Source: an uncultured delta proteobacterium
GTDB lineage: Bacteria; Desulfobacterota; Desulfobacteria; Desulfobacterales; CAVQMW01
Length of the DNA: 64,000 nt
Direction of reading: 5' to 3'
NCBI GenBank assembly: GCA_963713755.1
Contig: CAVQMW010000002.1
Span: 15,637-79,636, forward strand
Shown: piece by piece, positions 9,543-18,259 of the stretch
How positions within the stretch are numbered: the stretch's first letter is position 1
Layout: every line of letters starts with the position of its first letter
Position numbers and translations under genes: made by a program
The notes under the pieces: generated by a model
What the model was told of the DNA's origin: nothing
Database searches by the model: none
What the model saw: only the letters and a program-made list of their open reading frames with translations

Positions 9543-9996
9543 AGGCGGTGGGTGGAAGCTCACACAAGCGGCAAGCCCGTCAATAGAGTCTGTCCGATAA
9601 GTCTAAAATGCGGTGCTGCATCTACAATATATGGTATAAATTTAGACAGACTAACTATATGTTGTATGAATCCTGACCCAATAAAATATTTTCGTATAGG
9701 CTCTACAGGCCGTTTTGGGAGGATATTAACAATAAATAGTGCGAATCGATTCTCTATTTTCCAATAAAAGTAGATGAAAGTCTGATTTTTTTGGACTGAA
9801 GTCTGGTTTTTTTAGACATGAAGAGACCCGCGTACTTATTTTTCAGATTTGCTCCAGTTGCACAGGCCCGTTACCCCGTGAACCCAAATAAAGCGAAAGC
9901 CATAAACACCAGAGAGTATCTCAGTGTCCTGCTTCTTAATGCGGTCAAAACAGTGGGGATTTACATTTCCACTTTTTTATGTGAGGATAAATTTTT

Positions 9997-10944
9997 ATGA
10001 GAACCTTCCTCTATTTTTTAACATTTCTTTTAATGGCGACTAACGCTTCCTTTGCTGGTAAATACAAAGTTGCGGTTTTCGACTTTGACGACAGACTGGA
10101 CAATGAAAAAACCACGGCCAAGTATATTGAACGGCAGCTTCAAATAGAGATAGAGTCACTTGAACTGACTCACTTTTCAGGCAAAGAAGATATATCCAAT
10201 TCGATACAGATGTTAAAAAAACTGGATTCCGAAGGTTTTGATCTAATTATTACCATCACCACTGATGCCCTAATTATCGCTAATCATGTGGTGAAGAATA
10301 CACCGACACTGTTCACTAATGTGAATAATCCTAAATATCTTGGATTTCGGACCCTTGAGGCCCCAGGGAAAAATATTTCAGGTGTCTCATATTATATCTC
10401 CGTTGAAAAGCAACTTGCCTTATATAAAAAATTAATGCCCACCCTTAAACATCTCGGGTTCATTTTTGACAGCAACAATAAGTCTAAGAAAGTAGAATTG
10501 CCAGAAGCCAGGCAGGCATGTCAGAGAATGAGGCTTAGGTACAAAATTGAGGTCGTTTCATCAGAGCCGGAACTTGCAACAGCTGCATCCAGTCTTATTC
10601 ATGACGGGGTCCAGGCCATCGCCATTGGTTCAAGCGGAATGCTTTATAACAATATTTCTCATTTCAAGGAGGTTTGCGATAAAGCCAGTGTCCCAATTTT
10701 CTCTTTTAACAAGGAGGGCACACACCTTGGGGCACTTGCATCTCTTGCCAGCGATTACGAACTGATGGTTGATAAACTCTTAATTCCAATGGCAACGTCT
10801 GTATTAAAAGAGGGGAAAAAGCCCGGTGATTTTCCCATTGCCTTTCTCAAAGAAAACCGTATTTTCATTAACATGTCACAGTCAAAAGTATTCAATATTC
10901 AAATTCCTGAGGATATCTTGGAAAAGGCTGTCATATTAAGGTGA
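9997..10944 (+). CDS. putative ABC-type substrate-binding protein (ABC_sub_bind/PF04392-like), secreted
   Basis: Has a signal peptide (FLLMATNASFAG). The repeated block layout KVAVFDF.., DLIITITTDAL, ISGVSYYISVEKQL, LGFIFDSNN and AIAIGSSGMLYN resembles the PF04392 family. The gene is AT-rich relative to its neighbours, and no permease or ATPase partner is adjacent. Confidence 0.5.
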   Translation: MRTFLYFLTFLLMATNASFAGKYKVAVFDFDDRLDNEKTTAKYIERQLQIEIESLELTHFSGKEDISNSIQMLKKLDSEGFDLIITITTDALIIANHVVKNTPTLFTNVNNPKYLGFRTLEAPGKNISGVSYYISVEKQLALYKKLMPTLKHLGFIFDSNNKSKKVELPEARQACQRMRLRYKIEVVSSEPELATAASSLIHDGVQAIAIGSSGMLYNNISHFKEVCDKASVPIFSFNKEGTHLGALASLASDYELMVDKLLIPMATSVLKEGKKPGDFPIAFLKENRIFINMSQSKVFNIQIPEDILEKAVILR

Positions 10945-11176
10945 TATCCCATAGAATTTGGAAACTGAGGAATTTCAGATAGTCATACCGAGGTCCAAAT
11001 ATCAGCCGATTGCATGTATATTGAGATTACTCCAGGAATCCTAGATCCGTCAAAATCTATGATAACATACTAAAATCACTTAGAATGTTAAATTTCAGAT
11101 TTCAACTGTAATCAGAATTATTCCTTAGCGGAAAAATCTCGCGATTTCATACCAATATCGGACCTTGATTTTTCAA

Positions 11177-12163
11177 TCAGCCGTTAATGATACTCATGCC
11201 GCGCTCGTCGTAGCGATCTCCCTTAACTTGGTCAGCAAGACGATCCAGCCTTTTCAATTCGTCATCTGCCAGAGCAATATCGTATGCACCCAGGTTGACC
11301 TTCAAATTATCGAGCTTGGACGTTCCAGGAATTGTCATGACATGGTTGCCTTGGCTGAGAACCCAAGCAAGAGCGACTTGTGCAGGTTTGCAGGATTTTG
11401 CGGATGCTAACACTTCGAGTTCTGTAACAAGCGCAACATTCGCTTCGTAGGCTTCTCCCTGGAACCGCGGAGTCAGCGTCCGAAAATCGCCTTCTCCAGG
11501 GCGAACGTCATGCTTAAATCTCCCCGATAACATGCCGCGCCCCAACGGTGAATACGCCACGAGCGTCGCACCGACCTCAAGACAGGCCGGAATCACCGAA
11601 GCCTCAATATCGCGACTGAAAATGGAGTACTCGGATTGCACAGCCGAAATCGGGTGAATCTCGGCAGCTCGGCGTATCGTGGCAGCGGCTGCCTCGGATA
11701 AGCCAATTGTCCGAACCTTTCCCTCAGTAACCAGTTCGGCCATTGCCGCAACCGTTTCCTCGATCGGGGTCGCCGGGTCCACGCGATGGAGATAATAGAG
11801 GTCAATCACGTCGGTCTGTAGTCGCTTTAGCGAGCCCTCCACCGCGCGTCGGCAATTTGCGCGTGAGCCATCGATCCCAACGGCGTTCCCGGTCTCCGGA
11901 TCACGGATCGGCCCAAACTTGGTGGCAATGAAGACTTTGTCACGACGATCATGAAATGCTTCTCCCAATAAGGTCTCATTGGCCCCTATGCCATAGAGCT
12001 CCGCCGTATCAAAATGCTGCACACCGATCTCAATGGCCTCATGGAGAAGCTCGATCGCAGTTTCCCGATCCGTTGGCGGACCATAGAATTCTGATAGCCC
12101 CATGCAGCCAAGCCCAATTGCTGGGAGACTCGTTTCTGTCTGACCGAGCATTCTGACTTTCAT
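11177..12163 (-). CDS. aldo/keto reductase
   Basis: Reads LPAIGLGCMGLSEFYG, FDTAELYG, LYYLHRVDP and IGLSEA, which are the classic AKR blocks. Confidence 0.9.
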   Translation of the reverse strand: MKVRMLGQTETSLPAIGLGCMGLSEFYGPPTDRETAIELLHEAIEIGVQHFDTAELYGIGANETLLGEAFHDRRDKVFIATKFGPIRDPETGNAVGIDGSRANCRRAVEGSLKRLQTDVIDLYYLHRVDPATPIEETVAAMAELVTEGKVRTIGLSEAAAATIRRAAEIHPISAVQSEYSIFSRDIEASVIPACLEVGATLVAYSPLGRGMLSGRFKHDVRPGEGDFRTLTPRFQGEAYEANVALVTELEVLASAKSCKPAQVALAWVLSQGNHVMTIPGTSKLDNLKVNLGAYDIALADDELKRLDRLADQVKGDRYDERGMSIING

Positions 12164-12433
12164 CGCAAATATTCCTTTCCTAAAACATTAAAAATTCCTG
12201 CGCTGCGCGAGCATACTGGCAACTGATTGGAATTCTACGCCTAAACTCGACCGTGTATAATGTATCGGGCGCCTCAAGGTCGTTGAAAGCAAGCATGTGA
12301 AAACCTCACGACCGCCCAGGTACAGGTTCGGCAATAATTCAATTTCTCTTTTGTTTTGCTTACAACTCACAGACAACGGTTACATTTAACAGCGATTTTC
12401 GCACAACGAATTGCGACATAATTGATCTTCACC

Positions 12434-13569
12434 TTAGTAGAACTCAAATCTCAAGTGTCGATCACCGAGCCAGGATATGCCCAGAGCATTTCTATCAAGC
12501 CTTGCAGCCTTGATAATTGGATTATGGGATCTTCTGGGGAATTTAACTGTAATATCTTTTTCTCGCACAATGACATCAGCTTTCATATTGATGAACTGAC
12601 GAAAGATGGTTGCCGAACGGCAATGTTCGAACCCTCTGAGTTTCTGAGACAACAGATGATAAAGTGTATGGGCAACCATGGTCATCAAAACATCAAAATG
12701 CACCTTGATCAGAATAGACGACGAAAGGGCATTGAGGCTGAAAAACTTTACTGCCTCGGCAATCCCGTTTTCAACTCGCCATCTTTGGGCATAACGCAGG
12801 ACAATGGAATCCGCAGGGCTGTCAAAATCGTTGGTCACCAAAAACGAGGGTTGCTCCCTGCCCGTGCCTTTCATCACGATCTGTCGAATCTTGGAATCGT
12901 AACTATCAAGCCTTGTCGTGGACTCGTAAAGCAGGGGTGATTTATACTTTCTTTTCGGAATATCCAGGTGAGTTTTCTTCCACTGTTTGGCGGGAATCAG
13001 TTCCACGGCTTCTAACAGTTTTTTGCCACGCCTGCGCAAGGTGATGAAATGAACACCCAAATGATTGAGGGTATTCAAGTGCTCGTATGTCGTAAGCTTA
13101 GAATCAAAGACTAGGGTGGAGTCCAGTTTGCCGTGGATCTTTTTCCAGAACGATACAAAATTAAGAACCTGCTCGGAGGCTTCGCTGCGGAGGATGTCGG
13201 CCTGGGCGTACTGAAACAACTCTGATTGGCAGTCTTGGGCAAACAAGGTCAGAGCGCCCTTGAGGCGCTTGCCTCTGGTAGGTACCCACTGGGTATCCAT
13301 GACAGACTGCTCGCCCCAATGGGGAATACTGTGAAAATCCAGATTGATGGTCTTTGACCGGTAGGCATGCTGCCGGTTCATCTCCTTAACGAAACCTTGC
13401 AGCAAGCGGTCCAGAGCGGATGTCTCCAGTCGATAGGAGTAATCGGAAATGGCCGTGCACTTGGGCAAAACATTGAGCCCGGCAAACAAGCCCATGCCTT
13501 CATCGAAGTCCCTCTGTGCCAATGAAGGTGAGACACCTACCCCTTGAATAATTAATGTAGGGCGGATAG
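12434..13569 (-). pseudogene. IS4-group DDE transposase, N-terminally truncated at the IS701-like element boundary
   Basis: ORF 12434..13522. Candidate catalytic residues lie in INLDFHSIPHWG, LVFDSKLTTY and the Y-x2-R-x3-E-x6-K signature YAQRWRVENGIAEAVK. The frame stays open upstream of the first start codon right up to base 13569, where the IS701-like IRL begins. Only about 75 aa precede the first D, so the DNA-binding N-terminus is missing. Confidence 0.65.
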
Positions 13570-15882
13570 CACTACAGCGAAATCTTTTTTATAGACTTAT
13601 ACCCCAAAAGTGTGTATGCTTTCAAATAAGCGGGTGATCGATGGGGTTGCGGCGTTATGCATAGTGCATCAGTCGGCTTGAAAGTGGCTTTTGCCGCTGT
13701 TGAGGATCTGTTCCCTGTCAATGACACCCCCATTGAGAGCATGCACCAATTCCAAAAACCAAGCGTTATGCTGCCACCGGTTCCGGCCACCGCCAATACA
13801 AATGCAATCGCCGGAAAGCTGAAAGATATTGGCCCGGCCACCGTCGAGCCGATCAGCGGTTCTGGCTGGGAGCCTTTGTGGGATCGATGGGTCAGAGAGC
13901 ATCACTATCTGGGTTATCGGAAACTTCTGGGGCATCGACTCAAGTACTTCGCTTTCCTTGAAGACCGACCGGTAGCAGCCCTGTCTTGGAGCGCGCCGGC
14001 CTTAAAACTATCCGTAAGAGACCGTTTTATCGGTTGGTCGCCGGGGCAACGAAAACAACATCTGCATCAACTGGCCGCCAACAGCCGGTTTTTAATTCCG
14101 TCTTGGGTTCGGATTGCCAATCTGGCCTCGCACGTGCTGGCTCTGAATATTGCGCGGCTTCCCGAGGATTGGTTATACCATTTCAACCATCGACTTCTTT
14201 TGCTCGAGACGTTTGTCGATAGCCGGTACTTTGAAGGTACCTGCTATAAGGCCGCTAACTGGCAACATCTTGGACATACGTATGGCAGCACGAAACAAGG
14301 AAAAGGATATCGCTATCATGGCAACCCAAAGGAGGTTTTCCTTTATGTTGTAAACCCTGATTTCAGGAGCATTATCAATTGCCGCCGACTGCCCACCCCT
14401 CTTCATCACCCTCCACCCACCCAAACCAAAGTGGAGGCGCTGGTCATGCTTTTAAAACATTGCCAATGGCATCGGCAACTGACCGCCGATTTGAATCTTG
14501 ATTCCAACGATATTGAGGCCATGGCAAAAGAGTTGGTCAACTTTCATCAACGCTTTCATGGCGCATACGGGCGCATCGAACATCACCGCCTGGGATTGGC
14601 CTATCTGTCCGGGCTCATGAGCAATGCCGAGGCCAAATCCGTGGAACCGATTGCGCTGGAGTTTCTCGACAAAAAATCTGTCCGCTCCATGCAGATGTTC
14701 ATGAAGACCTTTCGTTGGGATCATGGTGCCATGCTGCGGACCCATCAAGAGATGCTGGCCGAACTGATCGCAACCCCCGAGGGGATGATCACCATCGATG
14801 CCAGCGATTTTCCCAAAAAGGGTAAAGAATCGGTCGGCGTGGCTCGCCAGTATTGCGGCACTGTCGGAAAGGTCGAAAACTGCCAGTCTGGGGTCTTTGT
14901 CGGCTATGCCAGTGATAAGGGCTACGGTCTGCTCAACGGCCGGTTGTATATGCCGGAAAGCTGGTTTTCCAAAGAGCAGGAAAAAAGGCGCCGATTCAAC
15001 CTGGTCCCTGAAGATCTCGTTTTTGAGACCAAGCAGCAGATCGCCCTTAAATTAATCGATGATGTCAGAGCAACCGGTAATTTTCCCGTTAAATGGATCG
15101 GCGCCGACGCCGCTTTTGGCGGCGACATCGAATTTTTAAACGCTCTGCCCAAGGATCTCTTTTACTTTGCCGCGATCAAGTCCGATACTCAGGTTTTTAC
15201 CAAAAAGCCAAAAGTGGGGCTCCCGCTCTATAAAGGGCGCGGCCGTCGTCCCACCAAAATAAAGGTATTACCGGGTCAACCCAAGCCGCGAAGCGTCGCA
15301 GAAATCGCTAAGTCCGACCGTGTGTCCTTCAAGCCGGTCGTGGTTGCCGAGGGTGCCAAGGGGCCGATCATCGCCAAGGTGGCTCGCATTCGGGTCTATC
15401 TGTCTCGGGACGGATTGCCGGTCGGCGACGCAGCAATGGCTCTTGTTGAGAAAAACAACGATAGCGAAATCAAGTTCGCTATCTCCAATGCACCCAAAGA
15501 GATCTCTCTTTCCGAGATGGTTGAGGCCTCCACCATGCGTTGGCCGATCGAACAGTGCTTTCAGGAAGGCAAGGGACAGGTCGGAATGGATTGCTATGAA
15601 CATCGTTCCTGGCCCGCCTGGCATCGTCATATGGCCTATGTGTTCTTGGCCCTGCACTTTATGTTGCGGATGAGATTGCGATTTAAAAAAAACGCCTTTG
15701 CTGACAGTTTCCTTGGTTCGTAAAATACTATCGTTAGTACTTCCTCTCAGGTCTCTGAGTGTCGAGGGGGCAATGGAAATTGTTCAATATCACCTGACCC
15801 GGAATTTAACCGCTTATAAGTCGCATCGAAAAAAAAGAGTCAAGCTGGCAGAATCCTATAACATCAATCTTTCGCTGCAGTG
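13570..15882 (+). mobile_element. IS701-like insertion sequence (about 2.3 kb) with terminal inverted repeats
   Basis: The left end is CACTACAGCGAAA (13570-13582). The right end TTTCGCTGCAGTG (15870-15882) is its reverse complement with 12/13 identity. The ends enclose a single long transposase gene. The flanks ATAG and ATAC do not give a clean target duplication. Confidence 0.7.
13657..15723 (+). CDS. DUF4338 (DruA-type N-terminal domain) fused to IS701-family DDE transposase
   Basis: The N-terminal half reads WDRWVREHHYLGYRKLLGHRLKYFAF..ALSWSAPALKLSVRDRFIGWS..RKQHLHQLAANSRFLIPSWVRIANLASHVLAL..LPEDW..LLLETFVD..YFEGTCYKAANW, which is the DUF4338 pattern. The C-terminal half reads GMITIDASDFPKKGKESVGVARQYCGTVGKVENCQSGVF..WIGADAAFG..RWPIEQCFQEGKGQVGMDCYEHRSWPAWHRHM, which is the IS701 DDE pattern. 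Confidence 0.8.
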   Translation: MHSASVGLKVAFAAVEDLFPVNDTPIESMHQFQKPSVMLPPVPATANTNAIAGKLKDIGPATVEPISGSGWEPLWDRWVREHHYLGYRKLLGHRLKYFAFLEDRPVAALSWSAPALKLSVRDRFIGWSPGQRKQHLHQLAANSRFLIPSWVRIANLASHVLALNIARLPEDWLYHFNHRLLLLETFVDSRYFEGTCYKAANWQHLGHTYGSTKQGKGYRYHGNPKEVFLYVVNPDFRSIINCRRLPTPLHHPPPTQTKVEALVMLLKHCQWHRQLTADLNLDSNDIEAMAKELVNFHQRFHGAYGRIEHHRLGLAYLSGLMSNAEAKSVEPIALEFLDKKSVRSMQMFMKTFRWDHGAMLRTHQEMLAELIATPEGMITIDASDFPKKGKESVGVARQYCGTVGKVENCQSGVFVGYASDKGYGLLNGRLYMPESWFSKEQEKRRRFNLVPEDLVFETKQQIALKLIDDVRATGNFPVKWIGADAAFGGDIEFLNALPKDLFYFAAIKSDTQVFTKKPKVGLPLYKGRGRRPTKIKVLPGQPKPRSVAEIAKSDRVSFKPVVVAEGAKGPIIAKVARIRVYLSRDGLPVGDAAMALVEKNNDSEIKFAISNAPKEISLSEMVEASTMRWPIEQCFQEGKGQVGMDCYEHRSWPAWHRHMAYVFLALHFMLRMRLRFKKNAFADSFLGS

Positions 15883-15928
15883 ATACGAGATTTCACCATG
15901 AAAACCAACTCATCTGTTAAGCTGACCC

Positions 15929-16782
15929 CTATCGATACCGCCGTCCCATCACCGGAGCCTGGGGAACCTTGCCGATGGCCCAATTGACCCTGTATTGGAC
16001 ATCGCCGCTCCGTGGCGGACCGTAGACGATGCCCTGCAAATTCTTGTATTCCAGTATGGGCGTGAGAATCTGCGAGGTCCAGGAAGCCGCCCCGCGCAGA
16101 GGTCCGGATTTTAAAGCAGCGCCCAGCAAGGTGAAGTTGGCCATGCGCAGGCCATCCAGCGTGGTGCCGTCGGCCATGACAATCTTTGTATCGAGGGGAG
16201 CGGTAATCGAAAAGGTGTAATTGTCCAGGTCCGAGCTTTGATCCGGATTTATAATGGCCGACTGTAAGTCAGCGGTATCCACCGGGCCGCCAAGCTGCAT
16301 GGCACGCAACCTCCCGGGCATCCCGGTGAAACCGTTCAGCATGAATAAACCCTGGGTGCGGGGAGTTTCCACATCCGCAGGTGCCCACAATCTGACAAGT
16401 CCGCTGCCCGTTTCCCTGCTGTCCAACTCGCCCGTGCGTTTCTTCGGGTTTCGTTCCGCCACATGACCATGGCAGTCATGCCGCCGTCCCGGGGCGCAAA
16501 ACACAGCCGTCCCGGTTCCAGTCGATATGCCCTCCCGGTGATCGTGGCCTGCATTGAACCGGTTTCCAGATGATTACCGCTGGGGATTGAGTCGTGGTTG
16601 TTCCAGGAAATGCGGATAGAGATCCGGACCGGCATCTCTTCCCCGCCATCCAGCGGGCCAGTACCCACTTTTGCTTGGGATAGGGCCTGTTCGACCGGGC
16701 TGAGTACCATGAACAAAGCACTCAGAATTACACCTAGCAGCAGGCAGATGCATCGGCGTGCGGAGGTGTCTGATCCTATCAT
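15929..16782 (-). pseudogene. secreted hypothetical protein, apparently frameshifted
   Basis: ORF 16336..16782 (signal peptide CICLLLGVILSALFMVLSP) and ORF 15929..16504 overlap in different frames on the same strand. Each looks protein-like only on its own side of about 16440-16500. The start lies 1 nt after the upstream gene's stop. Confidence 0.5.
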
Positions 16783-16783
16783 T

Positions 16784-17209
16784 TCACTTCTTACACTCCC
16801 CGATTCGCCGGCCGTTCATGGTCTGGATTATTTGCATCCCTTGCATCTCTATCCGGATGGCGCCCTCGAAAGTATTGCCGTGATAGGTGATTTCACCCGC
16901 CAATTTTGAATCGCCTTCGGGGGATTTGCAGATCATGTTCCAGCTTACCGTGTCACCGTTCACACTGGTGTCGATCAGCCTGCACTCCTGATCCGGCTGG
17001 GAACTTTCTGGCACGGCATTTTCCTTGGTGATGCACTGATTATGCTTCATGGCGGGCATCTTCATACCCGGCATCTCCATTTGGGAGGTAATCTCCCAAA
17101 GGCCCTCCTGGAGGTTCGGTTCCGATCCGGCCAGGCAGTGACCATGGGCAAGAACCAACAATCCAAAAATGAAACCGGAAATAATGGCAAATTTCTGTTT
17201 TACGCGCAT
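16784..17209 (-). CDS. DUF3617-like secreted protein
   Basis: Has a signal peptide and the GLWEITSQMEMPGMKMP...C...C pattern, with cysteines spaced as in DUF3617 proteins. The call is memory-based. Confidence 0.55.
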   Translation of the reverse strand: MRVKQKFAIISGFIFGLLVLAHGHCLAGSEPNLQEGLWEITSQMEMPGMKMPAMKHNQCITKENAVPESSQPDQECRLIDTSVNGDTVSWNMICKSPEGDSKLAGEITYHGNTFEGAIRIEMQGMQIIQTMNGRRIGECKK

Positions 17210-17246
17210 GGATCTTTCTCCTTAACATTTAAGATTACCGGCAATT

Positions 17247-18197
17247 TTACTGCATTTGAATTTGAGTTGTGAATTCGGTGCTCTGTCCGGAATTCCGGTC
17301 GTGGACCACAGTTTGAACGTCGTAGATCCCCGGGGGCGCATCGGTGAGCCAATATGTCAAATCGAGGCGGAATTCGGTGTTGGGCAGGGGCGATACAATA
17401 TCAAATGTCCCAAAATCCTGCTGTCCAGCCAGAATTTCACCTTTCTGCAAAAAATAGACATCCGTCACAATGTTGATTGTGTAAGCCTCACCGACCTTTT
17501 TCAGTGTGTAGCCGTAAATCTGGGCATTGACATGGATCTTTTCGCCGGAACCGAAAATATTGTTTTCTCGGGCTATGTAGGTCTCAGTATCTTTCACAAG
17601 CCTGACATGGGTAATGGTCAAGGGCACTTCGTTCCAGATCTCCAGCATGGCCTGTTTCAGTTTTTCCAACGCCTCAAGTTTGTTGCCGCCAAGGTATGAT
17701 GCCTCCGCCGCTCTAAGCTGCGATGGAAAGCGGGCGGAAGCCGCCGAGGACGAGGTGGATTGAGATGGTTCAGGAATCGCTTTTTCCGTGTCAGGCCCCT
17801 TTCCGGCGCGCCCATCATCTTGAGTCTCTTGCCGCAGTTGAACCTTTATCTCGCCCTTGCCGTATACTCCCAGCCCGACATATCGAATTCGTTTTTCCGC
17901 CGGAAACTCCCAGGTTTTGGTCTCTCCAGGTTGCAGGGCGAACCTCAATCCTTCGATTTTCTTTCTTTCCTCTGAATAGAGGGAAATTTTTCCCTCAGAT
18001 TTTATTTTGTACCGGGAATCGCCGGTAATCGAGATGACTATACCCTCTTCAGCAGAGACAGCTTTTTCGATGCTGGTCATATCGGTTTCCCGGCCCTCGC
18101 CTTGGAGCATAAACTCGTTTGCCTCCGCTGGCACCATTGCCATACTAAGCAGTAACATGAGTATCCCAACCAGCAGGCTAAGGGTGCGCATCACCAT
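17247..18197 (-). CDS. secreted hypothetical protein
   Basis: 316 aa with a clear signal peptide (LLVGILMLLLSMAMVPAEA). It has a Ser-rich linker and no recognisable motif. Confidence 0.6.
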   Translation of the reverse strand: MVMRTLSLLVGILMLLLSMAMVPAEANEFMLQGEGRETDMTSIEKAVSAEEGIVISITGDSRYKIKSEGKISLYSEERKKIEGLRFALQPGETKTWEFPAEKRIRYVGLGVYGKGEIKVQLRQETQDDGRAGKGPDTEKAIPEPSQSTSSSAASARFPSQLRAAEASYLGGNKLEALEKLKQAMLEIWNEVPLTITHVRLVKDTETYIARENNIFGSGEKIHVNAQIYGYTLKKVGEAYTINIVTDVYFLQKGEILAGQQDFGTFDIVSPLPNTEFRLDLTYWLTDAPPGIYDVQTVVHDRNSGQSTEFTTQIQMQ

Positions 18198-18259
18198 CCT
18201 CCCCTCCTTTCTTAGTATGAAAGATTTCGAACTACTCTATAACAACAAGTTGAATGGAT

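Noticed and set aside
13561-15890. Target-site duplication flanking the IS701-like element
   Set aside because: The flanks read ..GGATAG|CACT.. and ..CAGTG|ATACGA... The candidates are ATAG/ATAC (3 of 4 matching) or GATA/GATA with asymmetric ends. The result is ambiguous, so no TSD is claimed.
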